From positions 24,056,001-24,120,000 of the forward strand of contig CM022671.1 in the NCBI GenBank assembly GCA_012295275.1: a DNA stretch of 64,000 nucleotides, given 5' to 3'. Shown piece after piece: positions 1 to 15,202 of this stretch. The stretch is from Chrysomallon squamiferum (taxonomy: Eukaryota; Animalia; Mollusca). The notes beneath the pieces were generated by a model. That model saw nothing but the letters and a program-made list of their open reading frames with translations. It ran no database searches and was not told the origin of the DNA. Position numbers and translations under genes: made by a program. Every line of letters begins with the position of its first letter. Positions within the stretch are counted from its first letter, which is position 1.

Positions 1-652
<652 letters not shown>

Positions 653-3600
653 ATGGACAAAATTGCCAATGGTGGTTTCTGGGGGCAACTAGTCTGCGTG
701 ACAGATATTGAAATGCCACCAGTTCCTATTAACAAGTGCAAATATACGATTGGAAGAGCTAAAGGTAAGATTAAACTTAAGTTATTACTTAGTTAATACA
801 ATAATAGTTAAAGTATTAGACTTAGTTACTCAACTTTCTGAAATCTAACGATCTCTTTATCATCTTATGTCTTTATTATTTATGGTTATGCTAGGTAAAT
901 ATTTATTTAAATTTATAATAACTTAACAAAATGTTGCACACTTGCATATATTCAAGTTAGTGGATAATTGTTAACTAATTGTGTATTATTATGGTAGTAA
1001 TTTATATTAATCTTGTTTACATAGGAAACGATTTATCTTTCCTTGAGAACAAATTAATATCTGGCAACCACTGTTATTTGGAGAGAGATAATTCAGGAAA
1101 GGTTTGGCTGTGTGATACAAGGTATGATATTATTCATAATAAATGATTAAATCATTCAAATGATAGTAATTATTTTCACATAATTTATTAATTATTTTGT
1201 TTTTAACTTCCAAAGAGTACACTCTAACGTAATGTGTATATGACTACCAGGTTCATACATTGTATGTCATTTTATTTCTTCATCTGTATTTTGTTGTATT
1301 TATTATTATTAACTAAAGAAATATGTTTCACCAAAGATAATGATATATGCACATTTTTATAATTTGTAAATTGTACATATGAATTTTATTTGTAATAGGT
1401 AATATACTTATTTTATAATTTTGTTCTTTTCAGTACCAATGGGACTCTTGTAAACATGAATTTAAAACTCAACAAAGGGGAGGTAACACAAATATTTACT
1501 TATAAGATTTTTATTTTTTTTATTATTAAATTTGTTTTTGAAGATTAATGATAGCAACTTCACATACATTAAAACATTCACATTATTTTTAACAAATTCA
1601 TTCAGTAATGAAATCTTAATTGTATTTGCCTTAATTTTTAATTTGTAGTCATTTTTTTTATTTCAGCGTCAGATTTTGCATCATGGTGATGAATTCTTTG
1701 TGGTTTTCAAGAAGAACGACCCAGATCTTAGTAGGTTAAATACAATATGCAAAGCACAATTAATTTTCTCTCTTTTGAGGTTCCATGATTAGTTAGATAG
1801 ACTTAGATACATATTAAAACAATTAGTACCTTTTGTTTCGCCAATCAGTGAAAAATACACATGCTATCATTCTGCATTAAAATGTTGATTTTCCTGCATT
1901 CATAAGTTTGAATATCCTTGCTTACTCTCAGAAATTGTTTCTTTAAACAGAGATAAGCTTAAAATACTGACTTTAATATCCTGGTATCAGCTAATAACCA
2001 AAGAGGCACAAAATCAGTTCAACTTCACTTTTTTATGTAATGGATTAAAAAAAACAAAGAAAAATCTGACAAGTATATGTTTCATCTTAAGTTTATCAAT
2101 TTTTTTTAAAAAAGAATATTTAAAACTATTTTATTTCATGTTTTTTTCTTTTTCTAGATGTTGGGTACATGTATCAAGACATGAAAGAACTTGCTGAGGA
2201 GCAAAACTCTGATGATGAGAGTACACAGCTATATGATAACAATCAAACACTGACAGGTTATTTCTGTTAACTGTTACAAGAACATTTCACTGATTTTCAA
2301 TTCACATTTTATCTGATGATTTTTACACTTCTTGTTAAAAATAACCAGAAAAATATGTTAGTTTCTTTGCATTCTAATTAACCATAAATTTATATTTTCT
2401 GATTATATTGTTAACACATTTATATAAACAAATAGAAAGAAGCAAAACTATAATATAAAAGGATGTAAAATGGATGCATGCTGTTAGTATTTACTTCCAA
2501 AAGTATATTTTTAGACTTCTGTTGATAATAATTTATAAGAGCTCATTCACAACAGATATATTAAAATGTTTCTAAAACATTATCAGCTGTTGCAGAAAGA
2601 AAACAAAAAAATTTAAAAAATATAGAGATTTGTTTTGTTATTTTAGATGAAGATCTGAATCTGCCAATTTCTCCAGCACCTGAAAAGAAAAGGTCTTTTA
2701 AGGTAAATTTAATTATTAAATATTATTTTAAAAAAATACCCATCAAGCTTTAAAGATGGTGACTGTAATCTGGATTTTAAGCTAGCCAATTTTAGCAAAA
2801 TTCTTTATGATAAACAAAATATTTTCTGAAATCTTTGGTCAGCAAATTCTTAATATTTGTAATGTTTTTAATATAAGGTGTCTTAAAATCTGATTGTTTC
2901 ATTTCAAAGTTTTAATTTTTAAAAATATTTTTAAAATCCAATACAAATATTAAATTAAGTATGGATTTCTACATTCTCCTTTAGGTTTGTCTAAAATAGT
3001 CTATCCTTTGCATATTATTAGTTTGTGGCTTAGTGGTTTGGAGACTTATCTGAAACATGATAAGCTGAAATATTATTGTGTATGATAAGTAAAATTACAG
3101 TCATTGCATCTGTGGCCAGTGTATCGTAGGCTGTGATAATTATGTAAAAATATTTTATTATTTAAGGAATGAACATACAACATTTTTTTATCTTTTCTTT
3201 ATATAATTATGTGTGTGTGTTTATTTATAATTATATATATATATATATATATGTATATGTAGATATATATGTAAAGAAAAGAAAAAATCAGTGTATGTTC
3301 ATTCCTTATAATAAATAATATTCATTTGTTTGTTTGCAGGATGATACTGACAAAATGCCACCAACCAAAAAACTTAGATCAGAGGAAATGTCACCACCAG
3401 AACCAAATGACAAACAGGATGCAGTGAAAGTTGAGAGTGATCCATGTAGAAAAGGCTTTGGAAATGAGGAACAAGTATCCAGTCGGCTGTCTGTTGAAGA
3501 AAAGACTGAGGCTGAGACAAAAGAGGCTCAAGTGAAGGCTGCTGAAGAAAAGACAAAGGAAACTGATAAATGTGAAGAGAAAACCTCAGAAAATGAAAGT

Positions 3601-4693
3601 GACGCTATGGCTGAATCACTGACATGTATCATCTGTCAGGAAATACTGCATGACTGTATAAGGTACTATTTACAGTACAATTTAATTAAAAAAAATTTTA
3701 AACCCCAAAAAGAATTACCTTAAAAAAGACATAAAACATATTTTGTATTTGTTACAGTTTGACTTTATGCTTTTTGGAGTGATTTGATTGTTTCAGAAAT
3801 TAAATTCATCTATGGTATTTTTGTAATAATGTTAAAAAAAAAAAGGAAAGGTATTTTAGAATATATTTTTAGTTTATTTATTTTATTCAGATTCTTATTT
3901 CTTTACTGTTTGTTGTTTTTAAATCAAATCTTATTTTCTAATAAATTATGCATTTAGATCATTTCTGTTTCTTAATTCAGGTCCTTTAATTGTAGATACT
4001 AATTATTTTTTACTGTTTTTTATTCTGAACAATTTTCATCTCAAAACATTGATGTTAGAACAAACAAGACAGTTAATTGGTTAAAAAAAATAAAAAAAAA
4101 AAAAAATGGACAAAAACTTTTAATTGTTCACAGATACAACAAATACATATAAATCTTAAAACATTGATTTTTAATGGTAACATTTATAAACAGTTAATTG
4201 TCACAATAAAGTTGGATTTGATATTGTTGCAGCTTGCAGCCATGCATGCATTCATTTTGTGCTGGATGTTACTCAGACTGGATGGCAAAGTCAAACCAGT
4301 GTCCCTCGGTAAGTAAATTTTATCAGCATATAAAACAGACTGATTTGTAATTGTTCATACACTGAAATATGACTCATTATATTTTTGGGCACAATCACAT
4401 TAATACTATTATATCATTATGATGCATCCATTGTTTATTACTTTCCTATATGAAGAACATTTATCCATGTTCTGCAGTAAAGTGATACAAGGGAAATAGT
4501 AATTTTTCTTTTCTGTTCATTCCTGGCAATTCACATGTTTATTAAAATGTATTGTTAAATTGAACTAAAAGGTTTTTAGTCACAAATCCAAATACTGAAA
4601 CTGAAACAAATTAAAAGTTTGTTTAATTCATTACTATCTTTTTTCCTTAAAAGTTTCTATGCCTGCTAGTAATTTATTTGTTCAGTTTGACAA

Positions 4694-4728
<35 letters not shown>

Positions 4729-5311
4729 ATATAAATGCAATAAAGAAAATAAATATCACCACAACAAAAAAAAAACACACCAACAAAACAAAAAAATGCA
4801 AAGCATTTAAATCAGTTTTCAGTATTTTAAATTCCCATTTTATTTATTTATTTACATTTTTGTCAAATGTAAATTCAGGCATATCTTTCCATAGTAGTAG
4901 TAATTAAGACATATAAAAAATCTCTTTTCCAGATAAACCTATTTATTGTTGCATAATTTTATTTTTCAAAACCATAGACCTTTTTTTTTTTTTTTTCTAG
5001 TGTCGAATGAAAGTGGAGAGAATAAACAAAAATCATCTTGTAAACAACCTTGTAGAAGCTTTTTTGAAAGAACACCCAGGTATTCACACCTTATTATCAT
5101 TTAATATATATTATGTATCCAAGACATAATCTGAAATAACTTGCAGATATATTCCAGCCAAGAATATTTTGTGACAGTCCATGCCTTTGTTACTTTGTCT
5201 TGGAGATTTTTCTCTGAACTGATTTCCTCCTGTTGGCTATCTTTATTTTAGTATTACAGGTATGCTATTTATTTTCATCTATAAGTATTAAAGATAATTC
5301 AAAATTAATGG

Positions 5312-5347
<36 letters not shown>

Positions 5348-6063
5348 GTAATTTAAGAATAAAATAAATTTATGAGCAGTTTTATTTTTTAAATGTAAAG
5401 TTCAATATAAGATAAAAACCAGATAAAATTTTAGACATTTTTCTTGTTTCTTCAAGTTTTAATGATTTAAAGCTAATTTATTAATATGTTTCAAAAGAAT
5501 GAAAATCTAATACTCATCCACTTTTTAAACTGTGTTATGAATTTATTGTAACTGTATTAAGTTTTGTGAGAACTATGTCAAGAAGTATTTGAGTACATTT
5601 TTTATTTTCTTGTCATTTCTTCTTTTATTCTTCATTGTATATGCTGATAGGTAAATCACATTCTGCGACTAAAATTATCATTTATTTTGTTGGTTTATTT
5701 AATTTTTTTTTTTTTTGTCACCCTTTATATTTATATATGTCTTAATTAAGTAAGTAATGCATGTATTATTTTATGTGTTAGCTTCTGGTTTATTTTTATT
5801 TTTAATGTATTTCCAAGATAGGAAACGGCCTGAAGAGGATATAAAGGAATTGGAACAAAAGAACAAGATAACCAGAGACATGGTAAACAGAATTGTTGTT
5901 TACGTTGGCATACAGATATATTTAAATAATTTTAAAATTCTGATAATCGAATTTTAGCATGTAAAACAAAACTAAGTATGCAGTGTCTTTTCCATTTTAA
6001 ACCTGTTTTGATAATGATCAAAGATAACATTACCACATACTTCTTTCTGGAATGGTAAAATAA

Positions 6064-6094
<31 letters not shown>

Positions 6095-7062
6095 AATAAT
6101 TACAATAGTGGTGGTTTTGGTGGTGGTGTAAATAGAAATAGTAGCAGTAATAGTAGTAGTAATTGTAGAAGTAATAGTAGTATTTACTAGAAGTAGTAGC
6201 TATTAATAGTAGTAGTAAACATGATAGTGGCTGTAGTAAAAGCAGAGTGGTAATAATAATAGCAATCACATCATCATCATCATCAACAACAACAATTACA
6301 ATAACAGTCGTATTTATTGAGCAATAATTATTTTAATAGATGAGATTGTATTTCAGCTGTATCCAGGAAAAGAGAAGAAGAAAAAAGGGAACTGTGGTTC
6401 TGACTGTGAGGGTTGTTCAGAATGTTCTGGTTCTAGTGACAGTGAAGATTTTGAAGATTCCGATGATTCCAATGATGACCTGCGGCCTCCTGTGATCAAT
6501 CCACAGTTGTCAGTAAAACCATCTTCTACCACTACTAATCTTTTTATTTTATTTTATTTTTTTGCATTGAATATCTATCTTGTTAAATTAATTTTAAAGA
6601 TTTAGTAAATTTTACTGAATTTTTATTGCAGGCTACCAGCTGCTGGGTTCTTTGGATGGGCAGCTGGAATGTTTGGAACAGTAAGGTAATCACAAAATCA
6701 CTTCAGAATACATGAGTAAATATTTGTTTAATTGAACTAGTACATAGTTTATTATTAAAATTTATTAAGGTGAAAACATTTTGGTTTTTATGACAAATGA
6801 TAACAAGAGAAAAAAGCCCCTGTTTGTCTTATCAGTTAGGAGATAGGAATCTTTTCCATTGACCTTCTCATAAAAAGGAATATTTTAACATTGATAAACT
6901 GTTTTAAGGTATTGGCTGAAATGGGAAATAGTTTGGTGGGTTTATATAAGATGATTGATTTCGTGACTTGTATTCTTGTTAGAACAGATAGCTTTTAGCT
7001 TGTTTTAATATTCAAACTTTGCTTTTTTTTAAGCTTGTTTTAATATTCAAAACTTTTCTTTT

Positions 7063-7124
<62 letters not shown>

Positions 7125-10100
7125 AATGAATATGAATATGAATTAATTTATTTGTAGGCCAAACAAAACTGTTTGTCGTCAGTGCCCTGAATATAAAGAA
7201 ACAATAGGTGAAGTAAAATTGTTTGTCTGAAGATTTATGTCTTCTTAAAGCCATATTTTGAACAGTGACTTAAAAATATATTTCTTGAAAAGATTATTAT
7301 TATTAATATTTTTTAAGGTACATAAATGTTTGTATATTCTTCAGCATTAATATTTTTGTGTCATTTACAAATAACTGAAAGAAAAACAAGTAAAAAAAAT
7401 AGCTTTGATTTTTTAAAAATACTTTTAAGCACTTTTTTTCAATGTTGATAAAATATTTAATGTTTTCATTTTTTGTTTTGAAAGATGCAAGTAAGTACCA
7501 AAAGACAGGAGTGAAAGGAAAAGTTGATAAAGATATTGAGCAGTCAACATCTGGAGATGGTATGAAAGATATTTAGTAATTATGCTATTGTACATTACAG
7601 TATATTAACAGGTAACAGTAAATTTATGAATTTCTAATGAATTTAAAGAATGACAGGAAGTCACCATTCATATTATGCAGTTTTATTTAACTAGTATTTC
7701 ACACACAGCAAATAATGTAAACTTAAAGTGTATCTTGGTTGATACTGAAAACTAGTCTAAATATACTGTACATGCTTCCTAGTTATGTTTTATCTCTGAT
7801 TATGTCCCATCTTAACTGATAATGAAGTATAACCATAAAGGAGTACAGTTTAATAATACCTGCACATTCCCAATTCACTGTAGTCATGATATCACCATTT
7901 TTCTGCAGTCCTGACATTTTCTTTTTTCTGAAACCATGACATTATTTTTCCATAGTCATTTACTTCATTTTACAGTAGTTGACATCAAATTTATGAGGTT
8001 GTGACATCATTTTTCATGTCAGAGTCCAGACATATAAGTTTACTCTAAAATTTCTTCTAGTCTTGTCATTCTTCCATGTATATGATGATTCCATGGCTCA
8101 AGCTGAAAATAATGCTGTTCATATCTTTTGTAAAAGCATTATTATTATTTTATTTTTTTTGTCATGCTCTATTAAGATATGAGTTTCCCAAAAGCAAGAA
8201 AATAATAACTTGAAAGAATTAAAAAATTAAAAAACTGTATTAATTATTTAGTGGCATCAAGACTAGTAAATTTACATTTGCTTGTAATATAGTGTTTGTA
8301 TAAATGGAATACCTTCAAGCTGAGAAAAAGTAGTAACATTCATGATGAATTCTTCAAAAAAGCTTGTATAAACATCATTAGTTTAATTATAATTAGGACG
8401 GTGTTACATATATATAAACATACTCTGATCCCCCACCCCCCCAAATAACCAGAGCATTTCATTTACGTGTTAAACATTCAGTCATTAAAAAATGTTGTTT
8501 TCTTTGCTACTCTTTGCAGAAGTTAAGGTTATTTTTAATTGGTCTTCTTTATTTTTTTGCAGTTACTGTTGTTGTTTCTGTTTATTTCTTTCCTTTTTTG
8601 AGTGGGGCATATTCTTGTTGTTTTAGTTCAGCCATCATCAAGTAAAGGAGGTTGTGCAGATGGTGATGGAAAAATTATGCCAGTCCCTCCCAAGTATGTC
8701 TGTACACCAGATCAGCTCCATGTTCTTTGTCAGTGCTGTCTTCAACCAATGCCTTGTCATCGTTATGAGAAAAACAACACTACCAGCTACCCACCACAGC
8801 ATTGTAAGCTTTACTACAAATGTTTGTGGTCAGTTGTTAAAAGTCCTTTTTTTGAAGTTTAGTTATTATTATTTTTTTTTTTATTACTGTGATGGAGTGT
8901 TGACTTTGTATGCCAGATAAAAAGTTCTGTAGCAGAATGTTTTATTTATTTATTTATTTATTTAATTATTTATTTATTTATTACTGTTTTTTTGTGGGTA
9001 TTTCCCCATGGAATTAGGGTAGACAGTCTTAAAATATAGATTAATTAATTATTATACTTCACCAAAAATTTATATACATTACCCAATGTTGCATATTCAT
9101 TTTTTTTTCCATCTTATAGCAAATTGTGATAAAAAAATAGTGTTATTTGTTTGTGAGAATTTTTATTTTATTGAACTAGATAAATATTGATTCTGTATCA
9201 AGAATTTCACTAAATTTTGTGATTTATTAATTAATATTTTTTTTTTTTAAATTAAAAAATTAAAATAATATAAAATAAAATAATAAAAACAAAAAAAACT
9301 CCAACAAAACTTGTAAATGATTTCTTTTTTTTTTAGATTATCTGACAAAGAATCATATGTTCAAAGTCATTTTAGTATCACACTTTTAACCTGACAATTA
9401 ACAGTGACTATATTAAAATTTAAATAATAATATAGTAATAAAAATAATAATAAAAAATCTTTTTTTATTTAGAAAAGTTAACTCTACAGTCTATTGTTAA
9501 ATTTCTCTGCAGGTGATTTTTGTCAAAGGGGCTTTCTGTCATGCTTACTGGGGATGCAGAAAAATTGACTGTCTGGGATGCTTGTCAAAATTTAAAGGTA
9601 TTTGAAAATTAATTAATTTGTTTGTTCTGCCAAATATTAATATTAATTTGTCAGAAATATTTATCAGCTTTATGTTATGTTGTGTTATGTTACGTTACGT
9701 TATATTATGATACATTTTCTTATCTTACGTTACGTTTTGTTGCTTTATGTTACATTATATTACATATTACTGTTATTATTATTGTTATTATTTTCTGCTG
9801 CTGTTTAGATTAATTTATAAAATACATTTTTGCTGAATATCATACTTTCAGATATGAACTTTGGGAAAAAAGTGCTAAATAACATAGTGTTAAATAATGC
9901 AACAGAGTCCAACATTTTAAAGGTATCTTTCAGTCTTTGCTTGCTTTTGTAATAAAATAAACGTATTCTGTAACTGAAATTTGAAACTAAATAATTGATG
10001 ATACCTATGTTTTAAAGTCATAAATATTTTAAATGAATCAAAATCAGAGTGATTAAATGAAACACTTACCAACATTCATATGTCATTTACGGAATGGGTA

Positions 10101-11834
10101 TAAAATATATCAGTTTAATGTATCAGATTGTAAGTGAACTAAAGATTATGTTCCATTATTTAACAATTAAGTATTTCAAATTACTCATTTTTTTAGTTAA
10201 AATTTTATTTACTGTCTTAGATGCATTTTCATTTGCTTGATTCCAGTGCATACTTTTCATTAGGATAATTACCCACCCCCCACTAAAACTCAGTAAATAC
10301 TTTTTGTGTAAATATGATTTTGTTTTAAAAGAATTACTTGGAGGAAAGAGGTATGTCTGTCAAGGATATGTTACTGAACTGTCTACAAAAGCTGGATGAA
10401 GGGAAATATTCTTGTGTTGGTGAGTTATATGTTTAACAGTTATAAAAAATGTTGTTTGTATTAATATGATCGTGCAATTGAGATTTAAAAATAAATGAAT
10501 GAATGAGTGAATAAATACGTAAATTAATAAAAACAATAATAAGTAAAGTTTAATTTTTCATTAGTTGTTGCTGTAGATTCTTGTAATAATGATGATTATG
10601 ATGATAATAATAAGAAGAAATAGAAGAAAAAAATAATAATAAAAAGAAGTAAAATATAATGTTTTTTTTTTTTTAAATTTTAAATTTAATTTTGTACAGA
10701 TCAGATGGGGCATAGAATTGATTCAAACACATTTATTTGTTTTCGTTGTGGTCTTCGCAATTTGAAAGACCTGGCCTACCAGTACAGAAAGGACATTCCA
10801 CGAGACCACTTACCAGGTAACTTCTTGACCAGTCAGAAACCACATTTTCAGTGTGTGATTTGTTTTATTCAATTTATTTTCAAAAAGAAAGAAACTGAAA
10901 GGGCATGAACTGTTACCAAATAACCATTGAGCATTTTCTGATTGAGAACTGTACGTTTGTGGCATAAAATAGAACGGATATGTAGCCAGAGTACATTTTA
11001 ATTGTTACAACTAGAACACAGTCCTCTAAGACAGGTTGCTACTGTTTAAATGACTCTGAAGTGATAGGTAAACTGTATAAGAAGAACAAGTATTTTGCTA
11101 TTGTTTTTCAGTATCCTCTAATTTCTGTCTGCTCTGTTATTACCTTTATTATTACTGGACATATTTATTTTAAGACTATTTAAAAAAACAACACACGTTT
11201 TGTTGTAATATTAACTCCTATACATGTCATTGCCTGAAATACGTATTTTAAGATTATTTTATTTCAGCTATAGTGACATCAAGACCAGACTGTTACTGGG
11301 GTAGACACTGTCGTACACAGATAAATAAACCACATCACGCCGAGTAAGTGGAATAAAAAATTTAAAATATTTGCCCTGCCACATATATATTAATTATAAT
11401 CATAAACGTTAATCGTGAATATTATGAAAAAAAGAATGCTGTATTAAAGTTTTTAGAAACTGTATTTGTAATATGCATAAGTGGAGTGAAATAGCAAGAA
11501 ATTTGAATATGTCATGAAAGTGCTTAAAAAAAAAAAAAAAAAAAATGAATGATTGTTTTAATTTAATTTTTTTTTTTAATTGCTTTCATATAATTCGAAT
11601 AAATATATTGTTTTTGGTTTCCTGCACAGCAAACAAGCAAAACAACAAGAACAACAACAAGAAATAATAAAACACAAACATATTGATACATTCCTACATA
11701 CTGACTATTCAGATTGTAAATAAATCCCTTTAAAAGGAATTTGATTTTCATTACTATTGTTTGAACTGAAATGTTTCTAATTTTTAATTTGCAGGCGTTT
11801 CAACCACATCTGCGACCAAACCAGAACAACGTAA
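653..11834 (+). CDS. CHFR: E3 ubiquitin ligase CHFR (FHA - RING - Cys-rich - PBZ), ~21 coding exons
   Basis: GT-AG exons at 653-764, 1025-1121, 1434-1482, 1667-1730, 2158-2256, 2647-2702, 3340-3662, 4233-4308, 5001-5079, 5818-5882, 6357-6505, 6632-6685, 7158-7207, 7485-7559, 8627-8803, 9513-9597, 9852-9922, 10332-10419, 10700-10816, 11268-11343 and 11795-11834. FHA motifs: TIGR, ISGNHC, DTSTNGT, GDEF. RING: CIICQEILHDCISLQPCMHSFCAGCYSDW...CPSCR. Cys-rich region: CRQC, LCQCCLQPMP, FCHAYWGC, CFRCGLR. C-terminal PBZ: RPDCYWGRHCRTQINKPHHAERFNHICDQTR. Phases are consistent except at exon 16. Confidence 0.93.
6825..6970 (-). mobile_element. Possible degenerate SINE-like fragment in a CHFR intron
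   Basis: The stretch 'attggctgaaatgggaaatagtttggtggg...gattgat' resembles from memory a dispersed gastropod repeat, in reverse orientation. Recall only, not searched. Confidence 0.25.
7875..8035. repeat. Degenerate ~21-24 bp minisatellite in a CHFR intron
   Basis: About 6-7 imperfect units of the form (c)agtcatgacatcattttt. Confidence 0.5.
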
Positions 11835-12106
11835 TTCAGATTAACTTGCGGAAAACCTGTAGATTAATGTATGTGTGTGTTTTTTGTTTTTGTTTTATTT
11901 TATTTTTTTATATATTTATCAGAAACAGGTTCTTTTATATAGTAAAATTCCAAATGACATAATTTCAGATAAACTGTTAAGTATCTAAACCGTGCCATTA
12001 TTGTTTTGCTGGGTTTACTTACGTATTCCATGTTATATAATTCTAACAATTTGTATAGTGTGTAACCTTATTCAGAATTTGTATTTTCAAATTATTTTAT
12101 TTTATT

Positions 12107-12165
<59 letters not shown>

Positions 12166-13357
12166 TTTGTTTGTTTGTTTGTTTGTTTGTTTGTTTGTTT
12201 GTTTGTTACAATGAACATTTGGACTATTTACTGTTTTATGCAAAGTGTGTTTGTATGTGTGTGAACGTGTTTGCCTTTGTATTAATGATATTTAATAAAT
12301 GCGGTTGTTGACATTGTTCTTACATATCACACTATAGTAAAGCATTCTTGTTTCTGTGATTTTTCTTATACCTAGAATTATAGAGACTCCATAACTAAAT
12401 AAAATTAATGTATAATTTTGTGATATATTTCAAAGCAAAGTGTGTAAATATGTGTAAGTGTATGTGAATATAATTAATAACATTGTTAATTATTGAAAGT
12501 TTGTTATTCCTTTTTGTTTTAATATGTAAATTAATACGTCTAAAAAATAACATCAATATGTATTTAACATTTCTTTGATAGAAATAATTTAATTAGATTT
12601 ACAACATTTATTTTTCATAATTTATACATACATAAAAGGTTTATTAGCTTTTTATTAAATTTAATATTTTTCGTACTGTTGCTGTTGGTTTTTTGTTGTA
12701 CGTCTGTGTGTATATGCAGTTATTCATAGTTCAAACAGATCATTAGATAAATTTAAATGTGTTTGTTTTATATACTTATATCTAAGAACAAAGACAAAAA
12801 AATACACATTAATAAATGTTTTCAAAATTGTTTAGCATATTCATTTAGCTGAATCTTGTAATTTTTTACCACAATTTTCAGTTCTAATTCTCCATTTTAA
12901 CGTTTTAACGCTTTACTTTCAAACCATCTGGTCAAAGTAAGCTCCTTAAGGATTAACGTCCAGTGCCACATTGTAACTTCGAACACAAATCTTGGATTCC
13001 AATCTACAAGTTCATTCCCCGAATCCTCAGTTCCTCAGTATCAAATTTTCCTTGAAAGATGCGCAAGACATTCGTCCAAGAAATTGATCATCTGTCTTTA
13101 ATTTTCATAAAAAAAAAACATTTTTTGAAATTCAAGCCTCCTTGTCTAGTGTTCAGATGTTAATTCACACTGTGACTAAAACAGTGGGTGAGAGGAGATC
13201 TAAGTCGGCCCTAAACATTATTTGCGCAGGTGAATGATAAATTTTCCACAGAGACACAGCATATGCATTTATCGCCAATTCTCTTACAGTATCCACATCC
13301 TTACCAGAGCAAACTTCTTCTAGCACTGTGTTCTTCGTTTACACAGCTCCCATAGTG

Positions 13358-13391
<34 letters not shown>

Positions 13392-14328
13392 ATAATAATA
13401 ATAAAAAAAAAAAAAAAAATAAAAAAAAATAAAAATAGCTTCATGTATGTGAATTGTTCTTTTATTTGGTACAAGAGTTACAATGACAAATCTTTGATGG
13501 CTTCCCTGAAACAGCACGATTTATTTCATTGGGACCAGAATTAAACAGTTTATTATTATTATTATTATATATATATATATTTTTTTTTGTCATCTGAATT
13601 AGTAGCATTTCACTGAACTTTAACAGATTTTGAAATAAATTTTGGGATTCTTGGTATCAGAAAAAATGCCATTAGTTAGAGGTAAACCGTTTTACTTGGT
13701 AGGGCCTGCATGTGTTTTAGAGTAATTATCCGCACGATCTACATGAATTTTGAAAACATATCTGCCGTCTTTAAACCTCATTATATATTTTTTTTCATTT
13801 TAGTACGCCATTCATTTATACATTTTTTTTTCCGAAATACTTAATTATTATTATTATTATTATTATTTATTATATAGTCTTAATGTAGAAAATTAAAAGA
13901 GCACATCATATATTCTCAATTAAAAAATTAGTTTTGCATGAAATTATTAACTGTTAAAACTGGAGAAATATTAAGTTTCAGAACATCGATGATTTTAAAT
14001 AAAAATGAAAAAGCAGTAATTTTTAAGTAAAAATATTAATGATGGACAACAAAACAAGTAACCGTTCAGCAATGAAAATTCAACTAAAGTTATGCATAAC
14101 GCTGGCTTGATCGGTGTTGGTTAAACAATCATTTATTTTATTCTATTTTGCTTTAGTTTACTTTACTTTAATTATGTATTTATATATTTATTTATCCCGC
14201 GAGACAAACTTTGAATATAATGATCTGTCTAAATTTTGCAGTAACCAGGACATTGGAGGAGTATATATTTTGTAAAACAGACATTTTAGAAAGGATTAAA
14301 AAGATCAGACATTACGCTCCTGACATTT

Positions 14329-15146
14329 TTAACAGAAGTCCACTCCATAGTAATCCCAATCCAACATGGTTTCCGATGTGTCGTTGAATAAAGGGCTGAC
14401 AATCAACTCGCATTCCGTGGTTTTGACGTTGTAGTTGAACGCTAAACATTTTGCTGTTTTCATGCAGGCCAGTGAACAGTTGTTTGGTGTCGATGTAATC
14501 TGAAGTTCCACGGGTTTTGAGATAAAACGTTTGTTCTGAAAACGATAAAAGTGACTCGGGAAACAGCATGCTGAAATAGAAAAAAAAAAACAAACAAATA
14601 AAAGGTTTCTTTCAGTTTATCCTTTTACTTGTACCTAGACGACGGTAACAACACTAATGGAAATCATTTTGAAATATTACGGATACCTCTTAAAATACGC
14701 GAATATAATTCACGCACACAACTCGCGCACCTACAGAAACTATATATATGATGAAATACTAAACCACTGTCAAAGATAAATAAAAGTTTCACTTACATCC
14801 TTGATTCTTGACAAATACTTGCACTTCACACAAAGTCAACACGTCAAAATCATCGGCCATTTTCAACTTTCTAATTCGAACGTAACGTCCATAAGTTGGC
14901 TTTTCACAAGTAAAATTCCGGGTTTCTCCTTTTCCCATTACCGCATCGGAGTATGCATAACAAAGTTCAGCTATGCTTTCAGAACAGTTTAATGGATTTC
15001 GTATAAATATTTCAATCACGAAGTTGCTCAGAGTCTGCCCTGTAATACAACAGAACATTTTCTGTAATAATGAACAAGAGAACAGTACTGTCTTATATAA
15101 TTATTATTACTGCTACTGCTGCTATTTTTACTACTGCTGCTGCTAT

Positions 15147-15202
<56 letters not shown>

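Noticed and set aside
6030-7254. Poly-Tyr and poly-Ile ORFs, and similar poly-I/L/F/ER/HT ORFs throughout the track
   Set aside because: They are translations of AAT, ACT, GA and CA microsatellites and A-rich tracts in introns and spacers.
8075-8110. ATGATGA ... CTGA, resembling C/D box snoRNA motifs in a CHFR intron
   Set aside because: The boxes are only ~15 nt apart, with no terminal stem or recognisable guide.
12920-13790. More complex, slightly GC-richer sequence between CHFR and the lectin gene
   Set aside because: The frames I translated are interrupted and show no recognisable motif or termini. It may be a decayed TE, but this cannot be supported without a search.
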